Below, piece by piece: positions 28,755-37,706 of a DNA stretch of 64,000 bases; within the stretch, counting starts at the first letter, position 1; each line of letters starts with the position of its first letter. Source of the DNA: Candidatus Bathyarchaeota archaeon B24 (lineage in GTDB: Archaea > Thermoproteota > CALKCG01 > B24). Position numbers and translations under genes: made by a program. The notes below the pieces were generated by a model. The model saw only the letters and a program-made list of their open reading frames with translations, was not told the DNA's origin and searched no databases. The DNA lies in NCBI GenBank assembly GCA_001593865.1, contig LUCB01000010.1:4441-68440 (forward strand), given 5' to 3'.

Positions 28755-29419
28755 CCGTCTACCTGGACGACGGGCATAGACCCTAGGATTTCCCTAGCCC
28801 ACCGTTTAACCACGTCGTCGACGTGTACGACCACGACCCCCTCGCCGGGCTGACCGTAGAGTACTACAGACCCGGGTGGAGCCTCCGCTATCGCGACCAA
28901 CGCTAGAAGGTCCTCCTCACCTCTGACCCTAACCCAGCATCTATGGTCTTCCCTCAGACACTTCCTTATGGCCTCTTCGGCCTCAGACGATATATGGCCT
29001 GGGGGGTTAAAGACCATTCGAACCGCATCTACCACGGTCTCAAGTTTAGGCTCCTTTCTCTCGACGCGTAGGCTCCTAGCGTCTGTGATGTACAAGTCGG
29101 CTTCCAACCCCATCTCCAGCAAGGTTTCAGACACGACGTCTCCGACGGCCACGGTCTTAAGAGGCCGAGAAGCCTCTAGGATCCTCCTAACCTCTACGCT
29201 GGTCTCCCAGGGCTTCCCTCTGATGAGCCTCCCGACCGGTTTTTTAAGCAACACCCTAAGCTCATCTGTCAAAACCCTCAGAAACGGTCGACCCGGTTCT
29301 CCCAAGGACCTATCCTCCCGCCGAAGCCCGTGAACGGTGATACTAACTACATAGATGCGAGACTCCCCCTTAACCCTTATCGACCCGCTACATAAGCTTA
29401 GTTTCATACATTTTGTCAT
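28751..29419 (-). CDS. GTP-dependent dephospho-CoA kinase (DUF359 family); true start likely near 29305
   Basis: [33 protein letters not shown]. Confidence 0.85.
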   Translation of the reverse strand: MTKCMKLSLCSGSIRVKGESRIYVVSITVHGLRREDRSLGEPGRPFLRVLTDELRVLLKKPVGRLIRGKPWETSVEVRRILEASRPLKTVAVGDVVSETLLEMGLEADLYITDARSLRVERKEPKLETVVDAVRMVFNPPGHISSEAEEAIRKCLREDHRCWVRVRGEEDLLALVAIAEAPPGSVVLYGQPGEGVVVVHVDDVVKRWAREILGSMPVVQVDG

Positions 29420-29434
29420 ACAAAATGTTTATAT
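29408..29434 (+). promoter_or_regulatory. Probable antitoxin operator palindrome abutting a TATA box
   Basis: ACATTTTGT-CAT-ACAAAATGT (29408-29428) followed by TTTATAT. Confidence 0.6.
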
Positions 29435-29469
29435 TCTGTATCACTATTTGTCTCACGTCAAGTGGTATT

Positions 29470-29685
29470 TTGTCCTCGACCTTTACGATACGCATACCTG
29501 AGGAGCTTAAGAAGAAGATGAAGGAGTTTAAAATAGAGTGGAGCGTCGAGGTTAGGAGGTTCATAGAGGAACGGATCAGACAGCTTGAGCTTATGAAGTT
29601 GATCAAGGAGGTTGAGTTTAGGTCTGAAGGGAGGAGAGTCAGCGTAGATTCTGCGGAGTTAATCAGGGAGGATAGGGAACGTTGA
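29470..29685 (+). CDS. Ribbon-helix-helix (CopG-like) antitoxin; start reassigned to TTG 29470
   Basis: MSSTFTIRIPEELKKKM...WSVEVRRFIEE...SAELIREDRER. Confidence 0.85.
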   Translation: MSSTFTIRIPEELKKKMKEFKIEWSVEVRRFIEERIRQLELMKLIKEVEFRSEGRRVSVDSAELIREDRER

Positions 29686-30107
29686 ACCTGGTTTTAGACT
29701 CGAATATTATCATAAAGCTTGTGATAACCGAACCCGGCTCTGAGGAGGTTAGAAAATTCATATTGGAGTCTCTGGAGAAAGGTGCTTCGATATATAGCGT
29801 GGATATAGCCTTAGCTGAGGCTCTGAACGCTCTGTGGAAACACGTGAGCATACATAGAGATCTAAAGGTCGAGGATGCCGAATCAGCTGCCGAAGACTTA
29901 GCTAGGATATATGGTAAACTGAACATCGTAGCGACAGGTGAGGTTTCAAGGGAAGCCCTAAAGCTCTCTTTAACCCATAACATTACGGTGTATGACGCCC
30001 TTTACATAGCGGCTGCACGGAAGTTGAAGGCCACGCTGTATACGGCGGATGGTAAGCTGTATCGTGTGGCAAGGAAGTTATCTTCCTCTAAACTGCTTGA
30101 GACTTAG
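29682..30107 (+). CDS. PIN-domain toxin (VapC)
   Basis: VLDSNIIIK, AEALNALWK, ITVYDALYIA, LYTADGKL. Confidence 0.9.
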   Translation: MNLVLDSNIIIKLVITEPGSEEVRKFILESLEKGASIYSVDIALAEALNALWKHVSIHRDLKVEDAESAAEDLARIYGKLNIVATGEVSREALKLSLTHNITVYDALYIAAARKLKATLYTADGKLYRVARKLSSSKLLET

Positions 30108-30184
30108 GGATGATGTCGGAAGACTTACCTTACGTATAGAAAAACTTAAGTGGATAGATTATTCATTCTAGTTTCTGAGGGTTC

Positions 30185-30913
30185 ATGTCGATCGTTGTCG
30201 AGACGAAAGATTTGAAGAAGGATTACTATCTTAAGGGAGAAGTCGTGCATGCTCTGCGGGGTATAAACCTGACGGTGGAAAGGGGTGAGTATCTATCGAT
30301 CATGGGTCCCTCCGGCAGCGGTAAGACCACGCTCTTCAACATGATCGGTGGTCTCGACGACCCGACATCTGGAGTCGTTCTGATCGACGGTATAGAGATA
30401 GCTAAGATGAGTAAGAAGGAGAAGGCTTGGCTGAGGGCTCATAAAGTGGGGTACATCTTCCAGACGTTCAACCTCATACCTGTTCTGACGGCTCTGGATA
30501 ACGTGGCTTTGCCCATGGTCTTCACGGGTAAGCCTAAGGAGGAGAGGATCAAGAAGGCTGAGGAGCTTCTAAAGCTAGTAGGTCTCGGAGACAGGCTTCA
30601 CCACAGGCCCACCGAGCTTTCGGGCGGCCAGCAGCAGAGGGTCGCTATCGCTAGGGCGTTAGCCAACGACCCCTCGATAATACTGGCGGATGAGCCTACC
30701 GGGAACCTAGACCTGAACACGGGCTTTGCTATCGTGAACCTTCTCTACAGGCTTAAGGTCGAGAGAAACACGACAGTCATATGCGCCACACACGACCTGA
30801 AGATGATCGACGTCTCAGACCGTATCGCGTGGATCAGAGACGGGCAGATAGAGCGTATAGAGAAGCGCCAGTCCGTCGCGTTAACATCTGAAGACCTCAA
30901 AATAGAGGTCTAA
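30185..30913 (+). CDS. ABC ATP-binding protein (LolD/MacB/FtsE-like), no adjacent permease
   Basis: [41 protein letters not shown]. Confidence 0.9.
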   Translation: MSIVVETKDLKKDYYLKGEVVHALRGINLTVERGEYLSIMGPSGSGKTTLFNMIGGLDDPTSGVVLIDGIEIAKMSKKEKAWLRAHKVGYIFQTFNLIPVLTALDNVALPMVFTGKPKEERIKKAEELLKLVGLGDRLHHRPTELSGGQQQRVAIARALANDPSIILADEPTGNLDLNTGFAIVNLLYRLKVERNTTVICATHDLKMIDVSDRIAWIRDGQIERIEKRQSVALTSEDLKIEV

Positions 30914-31138
30914 AGTCTTCTCCGGAAGCTGGAGATTATCCTCGAATATTTTCTAGCTAGATTTAAACATAATGTGACTCTACAACTTCTTCATTTCCGA
31001 AGGGCATATCCAAGCAGCGGAAGACATAGACCTATTCGCTCCGAATCCTCCATTGTTACTCCTCTGTCTTATTTTTCAGACCCGATGAATAAGCTTAAAT
31101 AACGGCTGCTCGCTCAAGCCTCTAGAGGTGTCAGCGGG

Positions 31139-31279
31139 GTGGACGGGTTGTCTGAGGAAGAAGAGCTTGAGGAAGAGTGGGAGGAGGAAGAAGAGGAGTG
31201 GGCCGAAGAGGAGGACTGGGAGTGGGAGGAGGAAGAGGAACTCGGTGAAGAGTGGGAGGAGGAAGAAGAGGAGTGGTAG
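31139..31279 (+). CDS. Unannotated 46-aa Glu/Trp-rich micro-protein (MDGLSEEEELEEEWEEEEEEWAEEEDWEWEEEEELGEEWEEEEEEW); alternative TTG start at 31148
   Basis: TATA CTTAAATA 31094-31101, SD GAGGTG 31125-31130, GTG start, TAG stop, in-frame GAG/GAA alternation, T-tract downstream. Confidence 0.72.
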   Translation: MDGLSEEEELEEEWEEEEEEWAEEEDWEWEEEEELGEEWEEEEEEW

Positions 31280-31336
31280 AACCCACCTGTTTTAGTAAAA
31301 TTTTTCTCTAGTTTCTAGGTTTTTGGATGTGTCCAT

Positions 31337-33133
31337 ATGGTTAGGGTCGCCGTTCTCGACAAGGAGAGGTGTAAACCTGAGGATTGTGGTCTAGTGTGCA
31401 TAAGGTTCTGCCCTCCTGTCAGGAACGGTTTAGACGCCATAAAGCTGGGTGAAGACGGTAAACCGGTCGTGAACGAGAGGCTCTGCGTCGGATGCGGTAT
31501 ATGCGTCAGGAAATGCCCGTTCAAGGCGTTGTCCATCGTAAACCTCCCCGAGGAGCTCGAAGAGGATTGCTCCCACAGGTTTGGGGTGAACGCCTTCAAG
31601 CTCTACCGCCTCCCCATACCGTCGCCGGGTAAAGTCACGGGTTTGGTCGGTAAGAACGGCGTCGGTAAGACCACCTCCTTGATGATACTCGCCGGCATCA
31701 TAAAACCCAACCTCGGCAGGCTCGATAAGCCTCCAGACTGGGATGAGATAATCGAATACTACGGCGGCTCACCGCTACAGGAGCATTTCAGAGGGCTTAG
31801 CTCAGGCTCTCTCAGAGTTGTCTATAAGCCCCAGTATGTGGATAAGATTCCTAGGGTATACAAGGGTGTGGTTAAGGAGCTTCTATCCAGGGTGGACGAG
31901 CGGGGGCTTATGGATGCGATATGCGACGAGCTTGAGCTTAACGAGGTTCTGAACAGAGACCTAGCCGTCTTAAGCGGTGGGGAGCTTCAGAGGGTCGCCG
32001 TGGCTGCTACGTGGCTTAGAGACGCGGATGTCTACTTCTTCGACGAGCCTTCGAGCTACTTAGACGTTAAACAGAGGCTATCCGTGGCGAGGGTCATAAG
32101 AAGACTCAGCGGGGAGGGTAAGGCGGTGGTCGTGAGCGAGCATGACCTAGCGATACTGGACTACCTGTCGGACCAGGTATGCATAATATACGGCAACCCG
32201 GGTGTATACGGGATCGTCTCCCGCCCACATCCCGTCAGAGAGGGGATAAACATCTTTCTCCGAGGATACATCCCAGACGAAAACATGCGTTTCAGGAGGG
32301 ATGAGATAAGGTTCCACGTCAAACCCCCGCTTGACAGACATAGCTCCGAGGAGAACGTCGTGGTCAGGTGGGGACGCCTCATCAAACGCTTCGAAGACTT
32401 CTCGCTTAAAGTAGAGCCCGGCGAGATAAGGGTGGGAGAGGTCATAGGTATCCTAGGCCCTAACGGGATAGGTAAGACGACGTTCGTTAAGATCCTGGCG
32501 GGTGTCTTAGAGCCGGATGAGGGCGAGGTCCCGTCTAAGACCCTGAGGATAAGCTATAAGCCCCAGTATCTCTCGGCTGAAGCCTACAGCGGCACGGTCG
32601 AAGAGCTTTTCAGAAAGGCTCTAGGTGACAAGCCTGTCTCGGGTTTCCTGGAAGAGGAGCTGATACAGCCCATGGGGATCTACAAGCTTCTCGAGAGGGA
32701 GGTTTCGAGCCTGAGCGGTGGGGAGCTTCAGAAGGTAGCTATAGCGCTGTGCCTGTCGAGAGACGCGGACCTCTACCTCCTAGACGAGCCGAGCGCATAC
32801 CTCGACGTCGAGGAGAGGTTCATAATGACCAAGGTCATCAGGAGGATCGTCGAAAACTTCAGGAAGGCCGCCCTCGTCGTAGAGCACGACCTCTCGGCCG
32901 CAGACTTCGTGGCAGACAGGCTTATGGTCTTCACAGGTAAACCAGGCTTAGAGGGTACGGCTTTAACCCCTATGCCGCTTAGACAGGGTATGAACACGTT
33001 CCTCAGAGAGCTCGACGTAACCTTCAGGAGAGACCCCGACACCGGTAGACCAAGGGTTAACAAGGAGGGGTCTAGGCTGGACCGGTATCAGAAGTCTATA
33101 GGCGAATACTACTACGCACCTGAGGAGGGGTAA
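31337..33133 (+). CDS. rli: Ribosome recycling ATPase ABCE1/Rli1
   Basis: N-terminal Fe-S domain (CKPEDC, CP, CVGCGICVRKCP), two ABC NBDs with LSGGELQ, TFRRD..TGRPRVNK. Confidence 0.96.
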   Translation: MVRVAVLDKERCKPEDCGLVCIRFCPPVRNGLDAIKLGEDGKPVVNERLCVGCGICVRKCPFKALSIVNLPEELEEDCSHRFGVNAFKLYRLPIPSPGKVTGLVGKNGVGKTTSLMILAGIIKPNLGRLDKPPDWDEIIEYYGGSPLQEHFRGLSSGSLRVVYKPQYVDKIPRVYKGVVKELLSRVDERGLMDAICDELELNEVLNRDLAVLSGGELQRVAVAATWLRDADVYFFDEPSSYLDVKQRLSVARVIRRLSGEGKAVVVSEHDLAILDYLSDQVCIIYGNPGVYGIVSRPHPVREGINIFLRGYIPDENMRFRRDEIRFHVKPPLDRHSSEENVVVRWGRLIKRFEDFSLKVEPGEIRVGEVIGILGPNGIGKTTFVKILAGVLEPDEGEVPSKTLRISYKPQYLSAEAYSGTVEELFRKALGDKPVSGFLEEELIQPMGIYKLLEREVSSLSGGELQKVAIALCLSRDADLYLLDEPSAYLDVEERFIMTKVIRRIVENFRKAALVVEHDLSAADFVADRLMVFTGKPGLEGTALTPMPLRQGMNTFLRELDVTFRRDPDTGRPRVNKEGSRLDRYQKSIGEYYYAPEEG

Positions 33134-33152
33134 CCCCTCCAAGAGGTCGAGG

Positions 33153-34538
33153 CTAAGCCGTTACCCCCTCCTTAGCCAGTATGGACCTAGCCGCTATCAC
33201 ACCCGATACCGATGCCTGAGCAAGCCCTCTGGTCAAACCTGCACCGTCGCCCGCGACGTAAAGGTTCTTAATCTTCGTCTCGAGGTTTCTGCTCAGTTTA
33301 ACCCTGGCCGAGTAGAACTTGACCTCGACCCCGTAGAGAAGCGTGTGGTTCGAGTACACACCCGGGGCTAGCTGGTCTAGGGCCTCCAGCATCTCCAGTA
33401 TGTCCGTCAGATACCTGTAGGGTAGTACGAAACTTAGGTCTCCTGGCGTAGCGTTTTCCAGGGTGGGCTTCACGATGCTGCGTTTTATACGGTCGCGGGT
33501 CGACCTCCTACCTCTCTTGAGGTCTCCAAGCCTCTGGATTATGACGCCTCCGCCTATTATGTTCGCGAGTCTAGCTATGTACTTCCCGTATGCTATGGGC
33601 TCTTTGAAGGGCTCTGTGAAGGACACGCTGACTAGTACGGCGAAGTTCGTGTTATCCGTCTTCTTATCATGGTAGCTTTGACCGTTAACCGTTAAAACGT
33701 CCTCGTATATCTCGGTGATCACCTCACCGTGTGGGCATACGCAGAAGACCCTAACCATATCGTCGAAAGACTTCGAGTAGAACATGAACTTAGGCTCGTA
33801 GAGCACGTCGGTAAGATACTCCATCACGGCGGCCGGCACCTCAACCCTGATCCCCAGGTCTATCGGGTTGTTTTCGAGACCTAGGTTTAGACGCCTAGCC
33901 TCGTTCTGAAGCCACTCAGCACCGCTTCTACCAGGCGCTAAAACGACATATTTGGCCCTGTAGAAGTCTCCGTCACGTGTCTCGACCCCGACGACTTTCC
34001 CGTCGTCGACGACGATCCTCGAAACCTCTTTCCCAAACTTAACCTCGACTTTACCCTTCAGATAGTCTCTAGCCGCTTTCAACACGAACCTTGTCTTATC
34101 CGTACCCATGTGTCTAAGCGTCATAGGTATGAAGTTTAAACCCGCCAACGTGGCTTTCCTCTGGATGTCCTCTATGAAATCCCTATCTCCTCCGTAAAGT
34201 CTATCGGGCGCCCCGAACTTGAGGTAGAACCTATCCACGTACGTCATAAGGTTCTTGAGCTCGTCTCTAGTTATGTAGTCTATGAGCCACCCGCCTACGT
34301 CTGGAGACAGTATGAGCTTTCCGTCGCTGAACGCCCCAGCTCCACCCCAGCCGTTCAATAAATGGCAAGGTCTACAGCTCCTAGTGCAGGTCCCAGACGT
34401 TAAAGCCGGGCATATACGCTTCTCTATATCGTAGCCTTTCTCGAGCATGAGCACCGAGAGGTTGCTTTTCTCGGTAAGCTCTAGAGCCGCAAATATGCCC
34501 GCTGGCCCACATCCTACTATCACTACGTCGTACTGCAA
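33153..34538 (-). CDS. Uncharacterised FAD-dependent oxidoreductase
   Basis: VIVGCGPAG, GWGGAGAFSDGKL, FCVCPHG, YVAGDGAGLTRG. Confidence 0.85.
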   Translation of the reverse strand: MQYDVVIVGCGPAGIFAALELTEKSNLSVLMLEKGYDIEKRICPALTSGTCTRSCRPCHLLNGWGGAGAFSDGKLILSPDVGGWLIDYITRDELKNLMTYVDRFYLKFGAPDRLYGGDRDFIEDIQRKATLAGLNFIPMTLRHMGTDKTRFVLKAARDYLKGKVEVKFGKEVSRIVVDDGKVVGVETRDGDFYRAKYVVLAPGRSGAEWLQNEARRLNLGLENNPIDLGIRVEVPAAVMEYLTDVLYEPKFMFYSKSFDDMVRVFCVCPHGEVITEIYEDVLTVNGQSYHDKKTDNTNFAVLVSVSFTEPFKEPIAYGKYIARLANIIGGGVIIQRLGDLKRGRRSTRDRIKRSIVKPTLENATPGDLSFVLPYRYLTDILEMLEALDQLAPGVYSNHTLLYGVEVKFYSARVKLSRNLETKIKNLYVAGDGAGLTRGLAQASVSGVIAARSILAKEGVTA

Positions 34539-34726
34539 GGAATCCCAACCCCTAAATTGGGGAAGGGCGGGTATTAAAGCTTTAACGGCATCTGGGCTGG
34601 AAACCCGTTATACCGATGGCTGGAGAGAAAAATAACCTTGAACGTATAAAAAATTTTTAAATCGAATTCTTCTCTCTGAGAATTCTGTAATGTCGAATAC
34701 TTTAACGAGGTATCGTTTCTTCTCAA

Positions 34727-34810
34727 GCCTCCGCCTTAAATCGGGTGCGAAACCCTGGCCCGAGCTCAAGTTTCCTGAGTGGCGGAGGAGGTCAGCTTTC
34801 CTAAAAGCTG
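34727..34810. ncRNA. Structured RNA candidate (three-way junction with complementary loops, plus downstream hairpin); strand unresolved
   Basis: P1 CCTCCGCC/GGCGGAGG, P2 TCGGG/CCCGA, P3 CTCA/TGAG, loops GAAAC and GTTTC, then CAGCTTT/AAAGCTG; GC-rich island within an AT-rich intergenic region. Confidence 0.5.
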
Positions 34811-34838
34811 CTAAGGTTTTAAATTCCAAAATGTTTTC

Positions 34839-36149
34839 TTGGTCTGGAGAGGTGGAAGTATGAGGACGACGTATCTTGCGGTTGGACTGATAGTAGGGCT
34901 GTTGGTCGGAGTCGTAATAGGCTACGCTATACCTAAACCCGTCGTGTCGGTCGAGGAGTATAATGCGCTTCAAGATAGATACAACGCCCTTCAGGACGAA
35001 TATAACGCTCTGAAAGCTGATTACGAGAACGTCTCCGCTCAGCTGGCGGAGTTGAAGAAGCCTCTAAAGGTGGGATTCATCTACGTAGGCCCGGTAGGGG
35101 ATTATGGATGGACCCATGCGCACGACCAGGCGAGGCAGTACCTCGAGAAGGTTTTTCCGTGGATCGAGACCGTGTATGTGGAAAGCGTTTCAGAGGCTGA
35201 CTGCCCTGGGGTCATCGACAGGCTTATCGACGAAGGCTGCGACGTCGTTTTCACGACGAGCTTCGGGTTTATGGATGCCACGATAGAGGCCGGTGAAAGA
35301 TACCCTGATAAGATATTCTTCCACTGCTCAGGCTACAAGAGGAGGGCTAACGTAGGCACATACTTCGCTGAGTTCTACCAGCTGTACTACCTAAACGGGC
35401 TCATGGCCGGTGCTTTGACCAAGACGAACAAGATAGGTTACGTCGCCGCCCATCCGATACCTGAGGTGATCAGGCATATCAACGCCTTCGCCCTGGGCGT
35501 AAAAGAGGTTAACCCGGACGCTGTCATCGACGTCAGGTGGCTCTTCGCCTGGTACGACCCCGCGGCGGCTAGGGAGGCGGCTGAGTCTCTGATATCTTGG
35601 GGTGCGGATGTCTTAGCATTCACAGAGGACTCGCCTACGGTTATAGAGGTCTGCGAGGAGCATTACAAGGAGGGTAACCCCGTCTACTGCTTCAGCCACT
35701 ACAGCCCCATGCAGGAGTTCGGCCCCGATGTCTGCGTCAGCGGTCAGCTTGTCCACTGGGAAGTCATATACGCCGATATAGTTAGCAAGATATATGCCGG
35801 GTATTACAACTCTTCGAACCTCGAGAACGTCGACTACTGGTGGATGCTCAGGGAAGGAGCCGTCGAGCTTGGAGGCGAATTCGGCGTCCCGATAAACCCG
35901 AAGTTCGTGCCCGTGCTACAGGAGATTTACATAGACCATAAGGAATTCGGAAAAATCAGCGTATACGACTTGGTTATGAAGAGGCTTGAGCAGATGTCTG
36001 AGGACACCGTGGTCTTCGACCCGTTCACCGGACCCATATACGACAACCAGGGTAACCTGAGGGTCGAAGCCGGTAGAAGAATGACCCACGACGAGCTTTG
36101 GACGATAGACTGGTTCGTCGACAACGTGGTCGCCAGCATCCCAGAGTAG
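34839..36149 (+). CDS. BMP-family (purine nucleoside) ABC substrate-binding protein; start probably ATG 34860
   Basis: KVGFIYVGPVGDYGWTHAHD, TSFGF, IPEVIRHINAFALG, WYDP; N-terminal TM helix and coiled coil. Confidence 0.9.
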   Translation: MVWRGGSMRTTYLAVGLIVGLLVGVVIGYAIPKPVVSVEEYNALQDRYNALQDEYNALKADYENVSAQLAELKKPLKVGFIYVGPVGDYGWTHAHDQARQYLEKVFPWIETVYVESVSEADCPGVIDRLIDEGCDVVFTTSFGFMDATIEAGERYPDKIFFHCSGYKRRANVGTYFAEFYQLYYLNGLMAGALTKTNKIGYVAAHPIPEVIRHINAFALGVKEVNPDAVIDVRWLFAWYDPAAAREAAESLISWGADVLAFTEDSPTVIEVCEEHYKEGNPVYCFSHYSPMQEFGPDVCVSGQLVHWEVIYADIVSKIYAGYYNSSNLENVDYWWMLREGAVELGGEFGVPINPKFVPVLQEIYIDHKEFGKISVYDLVMKRLEQMSEDTVVFDPFTGPIYDNQGNLRVEAGRRMTHDELWTIDWFVDNVVASIPE

Positions 36150-36221
36150 AAAAATCTCCTCACTTATTTTTTATAAGGGTCTAGTGTATACGGCTTTAGC
36201 GTGCGGGGGTAAGCGCTCAGG

Positions 36222-37706
36222 ATGACGCTTGTAAGGATGGTCGGGATCACAAAACGTTTCCCAGGTGTCCTAGCTAACGACTCCGTGAACTTCGAGCTGA
36301 GGAGCGGTGAGGTTCATGGGCTACTAGGGGAGAACGGTGCTGGAAAGACGACCCTGATGAACATCCTATACGGCATCTATCGGCCTGATGAAGGCGAGAT
36401 CTACGTGGACGATAGGAGGGTTCGCATAAGGTCTCCTCGGGATGCGATAAGGCTGGGGATAGGAAGGGTTCCCCAGTTTCCTGAGCTTGTCGATAAGCTA
36501 AGCGTTGCAGAAAACCTGGCGGTGCTCTTCCCCGAAAACATAATGAGCCGAAAGAGGCTTGAAGAGATCCGTAGTCTGGCCGAGAAGTATGGGTTACCGA
36601 TAAATGTCGACGCTATGGTTTACGAGCTTTCTCTCGGCGAGAGGCAGAGGGTCGAGGTGGTGAAGGCTCTCCTTAGGGGAGCTAGGATATTGATACTCGA
36701 CGAGCCTACGACGGTTTTAACGCCTAAGGAGGTCGACACGCTTTTCGAAGCCCTCAAGAAGATGAGGAATGAGGGTAAGGGAATAATATTCGTATCCCAT
36801 AAGCTCTCGGAGGTGCTTAGCATAACCGATAGGGTCACTGTGCTTAGAAGGGGGAAGGTGGTCGCGACCTTGGAGACCGCAGACACAGACGAGGAGGAGC
36901 TTACTAGGCTCATGGTCGGGAGGAGGATTGTGCAGAGATACGAGCGGAAGAAAGTTCCACCTGGTGAAGAGGTTTTACGGGTGGAGAACGTTTACGTGTT
37001 GAACGACAAAGGCGGGGAGGCCGTAAGAGGGATAAGCTTCACCGTAAGGAGAGGTGAGATCTTCGGGATAGCCGGTGTAGCCGGGAACGGTCAGAAGGAG
37101 CTTATCGAAGCCATAGCCGGTCTGAGGAAGGTGGAGAAGGGAAGGATAATCGTAGGCGGGGAGGAGATAAGGACACCCTATCAGTTCCGGAAGTATGCGT
37201 CACATATCCCTGACGACCGGATGGGTATGGGTGTACTCCCATCCTTAAGCGTCCTCGATAACCTGTCTCTAACTCTATACCGGAGGTTCTCTAGGATGGG
37301 TATGATAGACATGGACGACCTAAGACGTTTCGCCGAGAAGCTCGTAGAGAGGTATAAGATAGTGACACCTTCTTTAGGGGCTCCTGCGTGGCAGCTTTCA
37401 GGCGGTAACATCGCTAGGCTTATCTTGGCTAGGGAGACCGCTATGGGGTGTAGGCTGTTGATAGCCGTCCATCCGACGTTCGGCTTAGACGTGGCCTCTA
37501 CAGACGAGGTTAGACGAACCCTACTTAGGCTGAGGGATAAAACCGCGATCCTTCTAGTCTCAGAGGACCTCGACGAGATACTTCAGCTGAGCGATAGAAT
37601 AGGCGTGATGTACAGGGGAAGATTTATAGGCGTTCTGGAGGCTGATGAGGCTGACCCAGAGAAGGTAGGGTTGATGATGGGAGGCGTGGCCGTTGAAAGC
37701 GGTTAA
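36222..37706 (+). CDS. Nucleoside/sugar ABC ATP-binding protein (tandem NBD)
   Basis: GENGAGKT, LSLGERQR, GVAGNGQ, LSGGN, SEDLDE. Confidence 0.92.
   Translation: MTLVRMVGITKRFPGVLANDSVNFELRSGEVHGLLGENGAGKTTLMNILYGIYRPDEGEIYVDDRRVRIRSPRDAIRLGIGRVPQFPELVDKLSVAENLAVLFPENIMSRKRLEEIRSLAEKYGLPINVDAMVYELSLGERQRVEVVKALLRGARILILDEPTTVLTPKEVDTLFEALKKMRNEGKGIIFVSHKLSEVLSITDRVTVLRRGKVVATLETADTDEEELTRLMVGRRIVQRYERKKVPPGEEVLRVENVYVLNDKGGEAVRGISFTVRRGEIFGIAGVAGNGQKELIEAIAGLRKVEKGRIIVGGEEIRTPYQFRKYASHIPDDRMGMGVLPSLSVLDNLSLTLYRRFSRMGMIDMDDLRRFAEKLVERYKIVTPSLGAPAWQLSGGNIARLILARETAMGCRLLIAVHPTFGLDVASTDEVRRTLLRLRDKTAILLVSEDLDEILQLSDRIGVMYRGRFIGVLEADEADPEKVGLMMGGVAVESG

Noticed and set aside
30110-30178. ATGATGT...CTGA possible C/D sRNA
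   Set aside because: Imperfect C box, no terminal stem, and an AT-rich interior that is the promoter of the ABC ATPase
31139-31279. Purine-rich repeat considered as a CRISPR or microsatellite
   Set aside because: No repeat-spacer structure; variation is codon-wise, so a coding interpretation fits better
31822-32732. 16-19 bp identities between the two ABCE1 NBD halves
   Set aside because: They cover invariant motifs (YKPQY, SGGELQ) and are short enough to arise from protein conservation and codon bias
34608-34973. 121-aa minus-strand ORF
   Set aside because: Overlaps the BMP gene antisense and AT-rich promoter DNA; no recognisable motif
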